Source of the DNA: an uncultured Oscillospiraceae bacterium
GTDB taxonomy: Bacteria; Bacillota; Clostridia; Oscillospirales; Ruminococcaceae
Direction of reading: 5' to 3'
DNA length: 64,000 nt
Assembly: GCA_964507095.1 (NCBI GenBank)
Contig: CAZDOS010000002.1
Span: 5,325-69,324, forward strand
The notes beneath the pieces were generated by a model. It was given only the letters and a program-made list of their open reading frames with translations, was not told the DNA's origin and did not search any database. Every line of letters begins with the position of its first letter. The stretch's first letter is position 1. The translations under genes were made by a program, and so were the position numbers. Shown here piece after piece: positions 37,193 to 47,710 of this stretch.

Positions 37193-37211
37193 CAGTATTC
37201 CGTTGTTTTTA

Positions 37212-38012
37212 TCAGTCCGGAGTGGTATCGAGTCCCCACTGTCCGAATAGGTAATTGTAGAACGGAGGGCGAGGGAAATCTCCTTCAACGATAGGGTTGA
37301 AGTTGCCTCTTGCTCCGAGATTGAGCCAGAACTCGACTCCATTGTAGAATTCCTCATCGCGCTGGTAAGGTATCGAGAATATGATATCGTCTTCAGGTGT
37401 GTACGCGCGTGCGAGCTCGCCCGGGTCAGGCAATGTTATGCGGTATTCTCCTTCCTGCAGCGGAGGGATTATCGAGAATATGCACGAATCGAAGCAAGTG
37501 AATATGTTCGGCGTAGGCACTCCGGTCTGGCTCTTGATGGCCATCAATACCTTGAGAAGCTGATGGTTCTTGCAGTAGACAAGAGTCACATCAGGCTCGA
37601 AATCAGCCTTGTCCAAAGGAGCGATCAGCAGTCCCTTGTACTTTCCCATAGGAAGGCGCGGCAGGTTCTCGAGGAACTGCTTGCCCTTCTCAGGATCGGC
37701 TATCTCTATTCTGTCGGCTACGGCATCGAAAGCCGGTGTGTCTCTTTCCCACGGCACCATGCCGAAGCATATCAAAGGGCTCCAGCACCAGTGGTCTTCC
37801 TTGGTCATGTATATCGTCCTGTTCTCCCTGCGGCAAATGGCGAATGCCTGGCATGGGGCCGAGTGTTTGCCCGTCTGCGACAGAGGGCGCAGAGCGTCGG
37901 CAGGAACGAGATGCTCGTTGCCATCTTCGATCAGCTTTACGGCAATTGCAGGATAGCGGACATGCATGTACTCGTACAGCAGATCCTGTTTTTCTTTATT
38001 AGTCTTAGACAT
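37212..38012 (-). CDS. Uncharacterised protein, possibly DUF169-like
   Basis: RBS GGAGG precedes the start. The Cys-containing region APCQAFAICRR...HWCWSPLICFG resembles what I recall of DUF169, so this assignment is tentative. Confidence 0.7.
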   Translation of the reverse strand: MSKTNKEKQDLLYEYMHVRYPAIAVKLIEDGNEHLVPADALRPLSQTGKHSAPCQAFAICRRENRTIYMTKEDHWCWSPLICFGMVPWERDTPAFDAVADRIEIADPEKGKQFLENLPRLPMGKYKGLLIAPLDKADFEPDVTLVYCKNHQLLKVLMAIKSQTGVPTPNIFTCFDSCIFSIIPPLQEGEYRITLPDPGELARAYTPEDDIIFSIPYQRDEEFYNGVEFWLNLGARGNFNPIVEGDFPRPPFYNYLFGQWGLDTTPD

Positions 38013-38056
38013 GTTATGACCTCCGTTGTAAGATTCTTTCAGTATATTTCAATTCC

Positions 38057-38920
38057 TTAAAGGAATACCTTGTCCAGTTTGTCGCGAAGGAATTCGCAGG
38101 ATGCCTTCATGTTCTCTTCCCAGTGCTCCGGATCGTCGCACCAGAATTCTCCGTTGAACATCCTTACGCCCAACTGTTTGAGTATGGTTATATCAGATAT
38201 ATAATCCGTCAGGCCGGTTCCCCACGGAACACTTCTGTCCTTGCCCGGCTTTGTCTCCTTAAGGTGGGCCGCCAGGATGTGTCCTGTCCCGGTGAGAAGA
38301 TCATCCTCAACACTTTTTTCATAACCGAAGTCATTGCGCGCTCCGGCAAGGTTTCCGATATCAGGATAGACGCCGAGAAATGGGCTGCCGACCATGTTCA
38401 CATAGCTCATGGCCTTCTCGACCGTGTCGATGAAGGTCCTGTCCATCATGGTCTCGAATCCGAGCATAACTCCCCTGCGGGCCGCCATCTGAGAAGCGAT
38501 CTTCAGGTTCTTTATGAACTCCGCACGTGTCTCCTCATTTGACTCCTCATAATAGCAGTCATAGCCCGCAAGCTGTATTATCCTTATTCCCAGATCCGCT
38601 GCAAAATCTATCGCCTTTTCCATGATCTCCATGGCCTTCTCATGTTTTTCTTTCCCGAGAGAGCCAAGCGAGAAGCGGCGCTGCGCGCTGAAGCACATGG
38701 TATATATGGGTGTTCCAGTCTTCTTCATGAGACGGACCATCTCTTCTTTTTCTTCCTTGGACCAGTAGAGGCGGGATATCTTTTCATCAGTCTCGTCTAT
38801 TGATATCTCTACCCAGTCAAAGCCTGCTCTTTTGCAGGCGTTCAGCTTTTCTTCCCAGCTGAGATCCTTGGGCATTGCCTTTTCGTACATGCCCAGCAGA
38901 TAAGGTCTACTTCTGTCCAT
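38057..38920 (-). CDS. ulaE: L-ribulose-5-phosphate 3-epimerase (UlaE/SgbU family, xylose-isomerase-like TIM barrel)
   Basis: [24 protein letters not shown] and [14 protein letters not shown] align closely with E. coli UlaE. Confidence 0.9.
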   Translation of the reverse strand: MDRSRPYLLGMYEKAMPKDLSWEEKLNACKRAGFDWVEISIDETDEKISRLYWSKEEKEEMVRLMKKTGTPIYTMCFSAQRRFSLGSLGKEKHEKAMEIMEKAIDFAADLGIRIIQLAGYDCYYEESNEETRAEFIKNLKIASQMAARRGVMLGFETMMDRTFIDTVEKAMSYVNMVGSPFLGVYPDIGNLAGARNDFGYEKSVEDDLLTGTGHILAAHLKETKPGKDRSVPWGTGLTDYISDITILKQLGVRMFNGEFWCDDPEHWEENMKASCEFLRDKLDKVFL

Positions 38921-39602
38921 AATACGCTCCCGGTCCGTGCTTGCGCTTGTAGTGTTTGTCCAACAGCTCCTGCTGCATGCGTCCTATCTCAGGATTTATT
39001 AGTATGGCTCTGTATGCCATTTTGGCGCACTCTTCCAAAACAACCGCATTGTGAACGGCATTATTCGCATCTGTGCCCCATACGAACGGTCCGTGCGAGT
39101 GGACCAGAACACCCGGCACCCGGTCCGGATCGATCCCTCTATCCCTGAATTCCCGTATGATCACATTGCCTGTCTCAAGCTCATACTCTCCGGCTATCTC
39201 TTCACCGGTCATCCTTCGGGTGCATGGGACATCGCCGTAAAAATAATCCGCCTGTGTCGTGCCAAGTGCAGGAATATCCCTTCCTGCCTGTGCCCAGCTG
39301 GTTGCATAGCTGCTGTGCGTGTGCACGACACCCCCGATATTCGGAAACGCCCTGTACAGCGCGACATGGGTAGGAGTATCGCTGCTTGGTTTGAGGTGTC
39401 CCTCAACTACTTTTCCGTCAAGATCCACCACTACCATGTCTTCCGGTCTCATGTGGCTGTATTCCACTCCTGACGGCTTGATGACCACCAGTCCGCTCTC
39501 ACGGTCTATCGCACTGACATTTCCCCATGTGAATGTGATGAGACCGTATTCGGGGAGCAGGAGATTGGCCCTGCATACTTCCTCTTTTAGTTTTTCAAGC
39601 AT
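38907..39602 (-). CDS. araD: L-ribulose-5-phosphate 4-epimerase (AraD/UlaF/SgbE family)
   Basis: [14 protein letters not shown]..., [20 protein letters not shown] and GGVVHTHS are present. ATG 39602 follows GAGGAG. An alternative ATG at 39626 overlaps the upstream stop. Confidence 0.9.
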   Translation of the reverse strand: MLEKLKEEVCRANLLLPEYGLITFTWGNVSAIDRESGLVVIKPSGVEYSHMRPEDMVVVDLDGKVVEGHLKPSSDTPTHVALYRAFPNIGGVVHTHSSYATSWAQAGRDIPALGTTQADYFYGDVPCTRRMTGEEIAGEYELETGNVIIREFRDRGIDPDRVPGVLVHSHGPFVWGTDANNAVHNAVVLEECAKMAYRAILINPEIGRMQQELLDKHYKRKHGPGAYYGQK

Positions 39603-39622
39603 CTGTCTTCTCCTCAAGCGAT

Positions 39623-40654
39623 TCATTCAGTAACGATGTATACCGCGGCTTCATTCAGTGTATGGTTTGCAGCAAGGATAAGATCGTATCCGTCGCAGTT
39701 GACAACGTCCACATTAGCAGGGCCGCCGTTATCTACGACAGTCACCTTGAATTCTCCGTCCTCATAAGTGGTTACAAAGAGCTCGCAGTCCATTCTGCGC
39801 ACTCCCGCAACAAAGGCCGGCTTCCCGGCAAGCCTGCGTCCCACAAGCGTGTGCGCAAAATCGATTTCATTGCCGTATTCCCAGACCTGTCTGTATTCTC
39901 CGTTTTCATCGAGGTGGTATATCCTGATCTTGTTTCCGTGGAACGGCTCAATGGTCATAATCTCTTCAAGTCCGTCACCGTCTATGTCAATGGTGGCGAT
40001 CTCGCTGATCATTCCGTCAAGGATCTTTTCGACCTTCCACGTCTCTGTCTCGCTGTAAGGAGGTGTCACTCTCAACACGCCTTGGTCTGAACCGAAGTAT
40101 CCGCATACTTTTCCGTCATGGCTTCCTCTCCAGTATCCGTGATTCCTGTAGCATCCGTCGGCAAGCAGTTGGAGCTCGAACGGCTGGCTGAGGTCTTCAG
40201 GCAGTTCAGCAACATATATCTGTCCCGGACGTGACCAGTCTTCCTTATTGTCCTTGTCTCGTGCTATGACGGCGCAGATTATATAGTCCCTGTCATTGAC
40301 ATGATAAATGTCAAAACGGTGGACGAAAGGCAGAGGGAACAGGTCCCTTATCTCCCATCCTTCTTCGGTCTTCTTTCCGTGTACTATCTTGGCCTGTGAC
40401 GGTGAGACCTTCAGGTAGAACTCGTTGACTGCAAGGAACTCTCCCTTTCTTGTTTCGAAAGGTATTATCGACATGCAGCCGCCTCTGTCGAGCCAGAGCG
40501 TCTCCCTGTTTTCGAAGCGGTCTCCATAGTATGCGTACGCCTCGCTTTCAGGGTTCTCGCTGGCAAAAAGGGCATAGAACCTGCCGTCGATCGTTATGTG
40601 CCCTGCACAGTAGCAGCGCACTATGTCGTCTAAATGGATCTTTTCAAAATGCAT
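39623..40654 (-). CDS. Uncharacterised 343-aa protein with FG-GAP/beta-propeller-like features
   Basis: RBS GGAGG precedes the start. The [18 protein letters not shown] motif is FG-GAP/Ca-binding-like. No signal peptide. Confidence 0.75.
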   Translation of the reverse strand: MHFEKIHLDDIVRCYCAGHITIDGRFYALFASENPESEAYAYYGDRFENRETLWLDRGGCMSIIPFETRKGEFLAVNEFYLKVSPSQAKIVHGKKTEEGWEIRDLFPLPFVHRFDIYHVNDRDYIICAVIARDKDNKEDWSRPGQIYVAELPEDLSQPFELQLLADGCYRNHGYWRGSHDGKVCGYFGSDQGVLRVTPPYSETETWKVEKILDGMISEIATIDIDGDGLEEIMTIEPFHGNKIRIYHLDENGEYRQVWEYGNEIDFAHTLVGRRLAGKPAFVAGVRRMDCELFVTTYEDGEFKVTVVDNGGPANVDVVNCDGYDLILAANHTLNEAAVYIVTE

Positions 40655-40727
40655 ATTTCGTGCCTCCGTTATTGTCTATCAGTATATCATACCCTGTTTT
40701 GGATGTACACCGACACGGTACGGATAT

Positions 40728-40765
40728 AAAAGCAGAAGTCAGCCTGATCCTATTTCAGGCTGACA
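40728..40765 (-). terminator. Terminator after the bicupin-like pair
   Basis: GTCAGCCTGA / TCAGGCTGAC 10-bp stem with a T-rich tail on the minus strand. Confidence 0.7.
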
Positions 40766-40827
40766 AAACGCCGATTCAATAATATGATCATTTCCGTCAG
40801 TTTCTAAAAATGAAACCAACAGACAGC

Positions 40828-41733
40828 TTACCAGACTTCTTCCAGTTCGATTGGATCATCTAAACTGTTCATGTTTGACAGATCGACTGTTTTCGCCGCG
40901 TTAAAAGTTCCGATCGCTCTGCCGAAGCTGTGCCACAGGATCTGCTTATATACCTTATTGACAACTATCGGACAGTGCGGGACATATGCCGGGAAATAGC
41001 ATAGCGTGGGTTTGTTGATCTTGAACGGATGCCCTCCGACATACTGCGTTATGTCAGCTCCAAGTTCATACGGATGCCATGCATCCGTGCCATAGTAGCC
41101 CAGAGCTTCAGGATATCCGTGCGTATGGCCTCTCCTGACGTACAGCCATGCTTTTCCTGTTTCAAAAAAGCGGCGCATTATTCCGCTGATGTCACCCTTC
41201 ATCGTCTTGTTGGCAAGACACTTGATCACCCAGTGCTGCGGCTCATTGACATCCGGATCCGGGTTGCCTGTAGTGTCAGCATTGTTGTATATGATTATTT
41301 CCTCTAACGGAAGCACATCCTCTGTCTTCCAGTATCTTTCAGGTACTCCAACATGTTCCTTTCCGAATCCGGCGACATACGAGAACACCGGTGTCTTCAC
41401 GTCCGTGATGGTAATGTTGCCATGCGGAACAAAGGCCGGGATCTGGATCTTGCAGGGTCTCGAGACCGTAAGCGTCTGCCCGTTGATCTCCATGGTCACC
41501 GTTGCATCCAAAGCCTCGTCATCATTGTTCAGACTCATGAAGCAGAACAGTTCGTTATATGGAAGCGCGTATATAGTATCACATATGACATAGTCATGGC
41601 GATAATAGCAGCTCTCATAGAAATAGTCCATCATCGGATGGTCCTTTGAGCATATAAGCTCGATCTTTGCATCCTCATCCGTGATAGGGCGCTCTATCGG
41701 ATGGAGCAGATATTTCTCAAAAAGATGACTCAT
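40828..41733 (-). CDS. Uncharacterised ~300-aa protein, bicupin-like, paralog A
   Basis: AAGGAGA RBS before ATG 41733. The motif P-x-(F/Y)-VPH-x-(N/P) occurs twice (IPAFVPHGN and FPAYVPHCP). It aligns along its full length with the next gene. Confidence 0.8.
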   Translation of the reverse strand: MSHLFEKYLLHPIERPITDEDAKIELICSKDHPMMDYFYESCYYRHDYVICDTIYALPYNELFCFMSLNNDDEALDATVTMEINGQTLTVSRPCKIQIPAFVPHGNITITDVKTPVFSYVAGFGKEHVGVPERYWKTEDVLPLEEIIIYNNADTTGNPDPDVNEPQHWVIKCLANKTMKGDISGIMRRFFETGKAWLYVRRGHTHGYPEALGYYGTDAWHPYELGADITQYVGGHPFKINKPTLCYFPAYVPHCPIVVNKVYKQILWHSFGRAIGTFNAAKTVDLSNMNSLDDPIELEEVW

Positions 41734-41753
41734 CTGTTGTTCTCCTTTCTCTT

Positions 41754-42608
41754 TTACCAAGGCTTTACAAGGCCAAATCCGTCCGGTTCTTCGCTTTCAA
41801 GGTCTGTCCGCGTATATGAACCGAAACTGTGTCCTGCCGAATGCCATATGCAACCTTTTCCGATCCTGACAGCCTTAACCGGACAGTGTACGACATGAGG
41901 AGCAATGTACAGGGCCGTAGGTTCCGTTATCCTGTATTCCTCTCCGCCGATATACCGCAGGAATTCTCCGTCCAGATCATACGGCCTCTCAGGATCACTT
42001 CCGTAAATGCAGAGGATCTCTGGGAATTCGTGGAAATGCCTGTTGGAAATATCCAGGCTTCCTCCCTGCTCCAGCTTCCTGACTGTACTGTAGACGTCTC
42101 CCTTTAGGGTCTCATTCGGAAGGCATTCGAAGACAATATCTCCCATTCCGGAGTTTCCGGCATAGACCACCATATCCTCGAGAGGAACAATGTCTTCTCT
42201 TTTCCAGTTCTCTTCAGGGAGAGCCACATGCTCTCTTCCGGCACCTGTTACGAAAAAGAATACCGGGTTCTTCAAGCCTGTGATCTCAACTGGGCCGTGC
42301 GGGACAAGAGCAGGGATCTCGATCATGAAGCTTTTATCTGACACATACTTCTGACCGTTCACTGTAATGCTGACTGTGGCTCCGAGCTCGCTGCCCTTGC
42401 CTGAAGCATTCATAAAACAGAATAGTTCATCACAGGAAAGAGCGTATTCCCTTTTTGCTATCACCCGGTCGTCGAGATAGAATGCGCTCTCATAGAAAAA
42501 ACTCATCATCTCATTGTCCTTGGATCTGATAAGGTCTATCTTTGCAGTCTTTTCCGAGCCAGGTCTCCTGATTGGGTGAAACAGGTACTTTTCATAATAT
42601 CTGTCCAT
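41754..42608 (-). CDS. Uncharacterised ~285-aa protein, bicupin-like, paralog B
   Basis: AAGGAGAAAC RBS before ATG 42608. Motifs IPALVPHGP and IAPHVVHCP are present. The shared N-terminus is EKYLxHPIxRP...KIxLIxSKD. Confidence 0.8.
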   Translation of the reverse strand: MDRYYEKYLFHPIRRPGSEKTAKIDLIRSKDNEMMSFFYESAFYLDDRVIAKREYALSCDELFCFMNASGKGSELGATVSITVNGQKYVSDKSFMIEIPALVPHGPVEITGLKNPVFFFVTGAGREHVALPEENWKREDIVPLEDMVVYAGNSGMGDIVFECLPNETLKGDVYSTVRKLEQGGSLDISNRHFHEFPEILCIYGSDPERPYDLDGEFLRYIGGEEYRITEPTALYIAPHVVHCPVKAVRIGKGCIWHSAGHSFGSYTRTDLESEEPDGFGLVKPW

Positions 42609-42710
42609 ATGTTTCTCCTTTTTCCGTCTGTCAAAAAAGTCTTTTCCGCTTTGCAATTTGATTTGATTATATCAAAGCAAGTTTTGCTGTTCAATCAAAA
42701 ATACTGACAT

Positions 42711-42755
42711 AAAAAGAAAAACAGGCCCGCACCGTCCCTTCGGGACTCTTGCGGG
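42711..42755 (-). terminator. Rho-independent terminator after the DD-carboxypeptidase gene
   Basis: CCCGCA...GTCCC-TTCG-GGAC...TGCGGG hairpin with a U-rich tail on the minus strand. Confidence 0.75.
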
Positions 42756-42772
42756 TCTAATCGTCATTTAAA

Positions 42773-44071
42773 CTATATCCTCTTGTTGAGCAGCACGTCG
42801 CTGATCATGGCAGCTGTAAAGGTCAGGATACCGAATATCACTACCATTGCCAGATCGCTCAGAAGGCTCATCCTGGCGTATGTGGCTACGTATTCAGCAC
42901 TTCTTTCGGAAACCTTGGCGGTGGCCTTTACCGTCGCAAGGACGTTCTTTGTGGCCCATCGTCCGGTGTATATCTCAACATCGAAGGTGACGGTCGAAAG
43001 GTCTTCGCTGATGTCAGGGTTGGTGAAGTTGAACCTTATTCCCCTGTCATCATCGCCCTTTGTCAGGAATATGGAAACATCCGGACATACCAGATCGCTC
43101 TTTTTGACATAGAGCCTGCCCTTTTTGTCAATGCTCATCTCCTCATCGGCCGACAGAGCTATATACTGTCCGGTAAAGGAGATCCTCTTGTAATTTGAAA
43201 ATGCCCAGTCAAGAAGGGCTGTGGTGTCTTTCCATTTGTCGGCCCTGTTTATGCTCTTCATGACGACGCATATGAGCTTCAGGCCGTCTCTCTCGCAGCA
43301 TGTCACCATCGTATGCGCAGCTTCTTCGGTCCATCCGACCTTGCTCATTACAAGACCCTCGCACGGCGTGACTCCGTTGATATACCAGTTCTGGGAGTGG
43401 AATACTCTCTCCTGGCTCTTCAGATTCGTTCCGGGCATGGCATAGGTCTCTGCCGAAAAGATAGTATTGAAAAGATCGTATTTGACCCGTTCCCTGGTGA
43501 TCATAGCCAGGTCATAAGCCGTGGTATAGTGATTGTCATCAGGAAGTCCCGAAGCGTTCACAAAGTTGGAGTTCTTTGCGCCCGCCTGTTTTGCTCTTTC
43601 ATTCATGAGCTGGCCGAGAGGTTTGTTGGCCTTTGCGCTGATGTATTCTCCTATGACATTGGCCGCATCATTGGCGCTTTCTATGGACATGGCGTACATT
43701 GCCTGTTCAAGGGTGATTTGTTCGTCTACGGCAAGGGCAATATGGCTGGATGATCCGACCGGGATCAGGGCTTCATAGCTCGCAGTAAGGACATCGTTCA
43801 TGTCACCCAGCTCCACCGCCAGGAGGCCCGTCAGGACCTTCGTGGTGGACGCAGGGTACATTACCTTGTCCATATCCTTGTTGTACAGCACCTGACCGGA
43901 CTCGGCATCGATAAGCACTGCAGTCTCGCTTATGATCCGAGGGGCTGCGTCAGCATATGCATATATGGGAAGAGCGTTAAAAAAAACAAGCAGTACACAT
44001 ACCGCTACGGCAAGGAATCTTTTCATTGACCTCTGTTGATTCTTTCGAAATTTGACCTTCATATTATACAT
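42773..44071 (-). CDS. Serine-type D-Ala-D-Ala carboxypeptidase (PBP5/DacB-like)
   Basis: SxxK motif PASTTKVLT, SIESAND (SxN), KVGWT (KTG-like) and a C-terminal TM anchor. The alternative start MKRFL at 44026 would give a standard signal peptide. Confidence 0.88.
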   Translation of the reverse strand: MYNMKVKFRKNQQRSMKRFLAVAVCVLLVFFNALPIYAYADAAPRIISETAVLIDAESGQVLYNKDMDKVMYPASTTKVLTGLLAVELGDMNDVLTASYEALIPVGSSSHIALAVDEQITLEQAMYAMSIESANDAANVIGEYISAKANKPLGQLMNERAKQAGAKNSNFVNASGLPDDNHYTTAYDLAMITRERVKYDLFNTIFSAETYAMPGTNLKSQERVFHSQNWYINGVTPCEGLVMSKVGWTEEAAHTMVTCCERDGLKLICVVMKSINRADKWKDTTALLDWAFSNYKRISFTGQYIALSADEEMSIDKKGRLYVKKSDLVCPDVSIFLTKGDDDRGIRFNFTNPDISEDLSTVTFDVEIYTGRWATKNVLATVKATAKVSERSAEYVATYARMSLLSDLAMVVIFGILTFTAAMISDVLLNKRI

Positions 44072-44208
44072 TCACTGTCCGATAAACTTCAAGTTAGAAT
44101 TGCTTAATTAATGCCCTGCGCTCCAACTTTCACACATGGCAGCCTTGTTGTCATTTTCCGATAAATGTGATATTCTAATAACATACTGAAATCATAGGCA
44201 GGATCATA

Positions 44209-44625
44209 ATGAAGATCTCAACAAAAGGACGCTACGCTCTTCGTGTCATGGTCGATCTGGCACGGCATTATCCCGGGGACAAGGTCCCTTTGCTTGATAT
44301 TGCCCAAAGGCAGGATATCAGCGAAAAATACCTTGAGAGCATCGTAGCGTCACTGTCTAAAGCAGGCCTTGTCGACGCCACAAGAGGAAAGGGCGGAGGA
44401 TATCGTCTTATAAAGGATCCCCGCGATTATACGGTAATGGAGATACTCAGATCGTCTGAAGGCTCCATTGCCCCAGTCGCCTGTCTTGATGATGACGGAG
44501 ACGGGTGCGAGAGGATGGACTCATGCCCGACTCTTCCAATGTGGAAACAGCTGTATGAGGTGATCGAAAACTACTTCAATGGAGTCACGCTCGAGGATCT
44601 TGCCAACGGAAAGATCGAATTCTGA
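44209..44625 (+). CDS. Rrf2-family transcriptional regulator
   Basis: MKISTKGRYALRVMVDLA N-terminal wHTH, with three Cys (CLDDDGDGCERMDSC) in the cluster-ligand position. Confidence 0.9.
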   Translation: MKISTKGRYALRVMVDLARHYPGDKVPLLDIAQRQDISEKYLESIVASLSKAGLVDATRGKGGGYRLIKDPRDYTVMEILRSSEGSIAPVACLDDDGDGCERMDSCPTLPMWKQLYEVIENYFNGVTLEDLANGKIEF

Positions 44626-44635
44626 TATTACTGAT

Positions 44636-44663
44636 AAACCGGCTGCATGGCAGCCGGTTTTTT
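44636..44663. terminator. Bidirectional terminator
   Basis: AAACCGGCTGC-ATG-GCAGCCGGTTT followed by TTTT. Confidence 0.8.
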
Positions 44664-46200
44664 ACATAAGCGGAGACATTATCCTCAGAACGACCTGAGC
44701 TACTCGTTTTACCGGATTTGTCTTCTTCAGATCCTCTGCGGTGACCTGGTGACACTGCTCCAGCGTCTTCAGGATATCATCCCTGACCTCGTCCACCAGG
44801 CTGTTGCCGTAGAATGCACAGCAGTTCTCAAAATTCAGATACAGGGACCTGTAATCTGTATTGCAGCTTCCGACCACTGCAAAGCTGTCATCGGACACAT
44901 ACATCTTTGCATGCATGAATCCGGGAGTATACTCATAAACTTTTACCCCCGACTCGAGCAGGGTCCTGTAGTAACTCTGCGTCACGTAATAGACATATTT
45001 CTTGTCCGGTATCCCGGGAACGATTATCCTGACATCGATCCCGCTCTGACCTGCCAGCTTAATTGCTTCGGTGAGTTCATAGTCAAGGGCAAGATAGGGA
45101 GTCGTCAGATAAACATAACGGTTTGCGTTATTGATCGCAGACAGATAAACATTCTTGCAGATATTGATCCTATCTGTAGGCATGTCGTGATACGGTTGAA
45201 CGAATCCATCCCTGAAAAGCGTTACTGAAGGTCTGTACAGACTGTAATCATCTCTCTCGCCCGTAACCGACTCCCAGCTTTGCAGGAATATCGTCGTCTC
45301 GCCGAATACGGCATCTCCTTCTATCCTGTACCCTGTATCCTTCCAGACTCCAAACCTTTCAATTATGTTCGCATATTCGTCGGCTATGTTCAGACCGCCT
45401 CCGTATGCAATATTGGAATCTATCACCGTAAGCTTCCTGTGATCCCTATGGTTAAGCCGCATATACTTTCCAATGTGTATTGACAGCTTTGGCTCATTGA
45501 ATACGGCTACTTTGATTCCTTTGCTCCTCAGGTCATCTTCAAATCCGTCCGGAAGGGTCGCTACGCAGCCGAATCCGTCATAAAGAATCCTGACGTCGAC
45601 TCCCCGCTCTGCTTTCTCACAGAGCAGCCGGAATATCTTGTTCCATATATATCCGTCATCAAATATGAAATACTGCATGAATATGCTTTTTCTGGCATTG
45701 CTGATGTCCTTAAGCAGATCTCTGTACAGTGCTGCGCCGGTAGAGTAGTATCTGGTATCCGTATTCGTGTATGGAGCAGCTCCGGCCATCCTTCTCAGAA
45801 ACTGTGCCTGCTTGCCAAGATCCTTGTCCATGGAAGCGATCATACGGATCTCTCTTTCATTTCTCGGTACGGACTCTCGGGATCTTCTTTCTGCCCTTTC
45901 GAATCTCTGCCTCTCCTTCGCCGTCAGTTTCTGCGTTCCGAAAAGCCGGTAAAAAAGAGCTCCTGTCACGGGGAAGACCGTCATGAATACTGTCCATGTT
46001 ATCTTATATGACGGATTGATGCCGTCCCGCTCCAGGTAAAACAAAACGACAAAAACACTGAACAACACCATGGCAACATATATCCACGGGCTGAGACCTC
46101 TGACGCTTATGATTATCTGATAAAAGATATATATCTGCCGCATCGCCAAAAGCGCGATGACCGTTACTTTTGAGAACAGCAGTCTGAACAGCTTCTTCAT
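44662..46200 (-). CDS. cls: Cardiolipin synthase
   Basis: Two N-terminal TM helices and two HKD motifs (HRKLTVID, HAKMYVSDD). Confidence 0.92.
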   Translation of the reverse strand: MKKLFRLLFSKVTVIALLAMRQIYIFYQIIISVRGLSPWIYVAMVLFSVFVVLFYLERDGINPSYKITWTVFMTVFPVTGALFYRLFGTQKLTAKERQRFERAERRSRESVPRNEREIRMIASMDKDLGKQAQFLRRMAGAAPYTNTDTRYYSTGAALYRDLLKDISNARKSIFMQYFIFDDGYIWNKIFRLLCEKAERGVDVRILYDGFGCVATLPDGFEDDLRSKGIKVAVFNEPKLSIHIGKYMRLNHRDHRKLTVIDSNIAYGGGLNIADEYANIIERFGVWKDTGYRIEGDAVFGETTIFLQSWESVTGERDDYSLYRPSVTLFRDGFVQPYHDMPTDRINICKNVYLSAINNANRYVYLTTPYLALDYELTEAIKLAGQSGIDVRIIVPGIPDKKYVYYVTQSYYRTLLESGVKVYEYTPGFMHAKMYVSDDSFAVVGSCNTDYRSLYLNFENCCAFYGNSLVDEVRDDILKTLEQCHQVTAEDLKKTNPVKRVAQVVLRIMSPLM

Positions 46201-46263
46201 GTTTTTCTTCCTATCCTATGGTTTCAGTATATACCGGATTTGAGAACAGATTGTGACAGGAAT

Positions 46264-46293
46264 AATGAAAAGGCACACCTTTCGGTGTGCCTT
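46264..46293 (-). terminator. Rho-independent terminator after the permease gene
   Basis: AAGGCACACC-TTTC-GGTGTGCCTT with a U-run on the minus strand. Confidence 0.8.
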
Positions 46294-46360
46294 CTCTATA
46301 CAGACTGATATCTTTTAACTATGTTACTAGCATAGTTGGAATAATTTTGGCTTAAATGTA

Positions 46361-47710
46361 TTACTCCAGTGTGTATGTAGGATTCATGTGGATCTTTCCA
46401 GTCTTATTGAGCCAGTAGGCAAGACCGAAGGATACTACGAATGTTACTACGTTGATGATCATGATCTGAGGGGTCAGACCGTTCAGGTTCATTCTGGCCT
46501 GGATGAGCATTACGAATGCTGTGAGACCAAGCATGAGGTACATGACTGGTGTAGGAACGTGGTAAGGTGACTTCTCCCACTGCTCAGGGAACAGCTTAGG
46601 AATTCTGGCTATTGACAGAGCGGTAATGAATCCAGTTACGTTACCGATAATGAGTGACCACTTACCGATTGTACCAACATCGAATCCTGAGAGCAGAACT
46701 GCTGCGTTAACAATGTATCTGAGTAAGAGGTAGCCAACAGGTGTGCCGTGCTTGTTCAGACGTCCGAGGATCTCTGGGAACCAACCGTCACCAGCTGCCT
46801 GTGAGAATGGACGGAAGCCGGAAGCGATTGAGGAGTTCAGAGTTGTACCAAGAGCGAAGCAAGCACCGCCGATTACGAAGAAGTAGTACAGAGGTGTAGG
46901 CAGGATCTGCTTTGCGATAGGAGCGAGGTTGCCAGCAGCGATAACTTCGTCTGTAGGCATAACACCACCGATAACGCAAGCCATGAAGGCGTACAGAACT
47001 GCAACAGCAAGTGTTGAGATGATAACAACAATAGGGATATCCTTCTTAGGATTCTTTGCTTCAGCCGAGAATGCCATGATAACTGTAGCACCGCCAGTAG
47101 CGAATGTCAGGTAAGAAGCAGCCTCGAGCAGACCGGTGATACCCTTTGTCATCAGAGGCTGGCCGAACAGCTCGTTGCCGAAGTATCCTGACCAGTGAAC
47201 TCTAGGAAGACCGAATACTGTGAAGATGATCAGAGCTGCAATCAGGAAGTAGAACATGAACTTCTGAACTCTTGCCATCCAGCCTGTTCCGAAGTAGTTC
47301 AGAACGACGAAGATTGTCAGCATGATGAAGGACCACAGAATCTGTGCGTCTTTAATTGCAGGGATCAGCATTGAAAGGTAAGAAACAAGACCCTTTGCGA
47401 AGATACCCAGTGACATGGCACCAAGCAGACCGACATACTGCAGGAAGCCTGAATATACAGGGCTTACGAAAACGGCAGCCTGGCTGTAAACACCACCGTG
47501 GAAACGGGCTACTGACGATACGAAGATCGTAGGGATAGCACCGAAAACTGTAAATACGGCGGCGATAACGAATGCGATGTTAACTGAACGACCGGTCATG
47601 CCCAAAGCGGCAATCGACATCGTCATAACACCGGCACCGATGATCTGACCAACGGCTATGGCCATAAGGTCCATAAAGCCCAAGGTCTTTTCAACATTCA
47701 TATTAGCCAT
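46361..47710 (-). CDS. APC-superfamily amino-acid permease
   Basis: 12-TM profile with an N-terminal LMAIAVGQIIGAGV motif typical of APC carriers. Confidence 0.85.
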   Translation of the reverse strand: MANMNVEKTLGFMDLMAIAVGQIIGAGVMTMSIAALGMTGRSVNIAFVIAAVFTVFGAIPTIFVSSVARFHGGVYSQAAVFVSPVYSGFLQYVGLLGAMSLGIFAKGLVSYLSMLIPAIKDAQILWSFIMLTIFVVLNYFGTGWMARVQKFMFYFLIAALIIFTVFGLPRVHWSGYFGNELFGQPLMTKGITGLLEAASYLTFATGGATVIMAFSAEAKNPKKDIPIVVIISTLAVAVLYAFMACVIGGVMPTDEVIAAGNLAPIAKQILPTPLYYFFVIGGACFALGTTLNSSIASGFRPFSQAAGDGWFPEILGRLNKHGTPVGYLLLRYIVNAAVLLSGFDVGTIGKWSLIIGNVTGFITALSIARIPKLFPEQWEKSPYHVPTPVMYLMLGLTAFVMLIQARMNLNGLTPQIMIINVVTFVVSFGLAYWLNKTGKIHMNPTYTLE

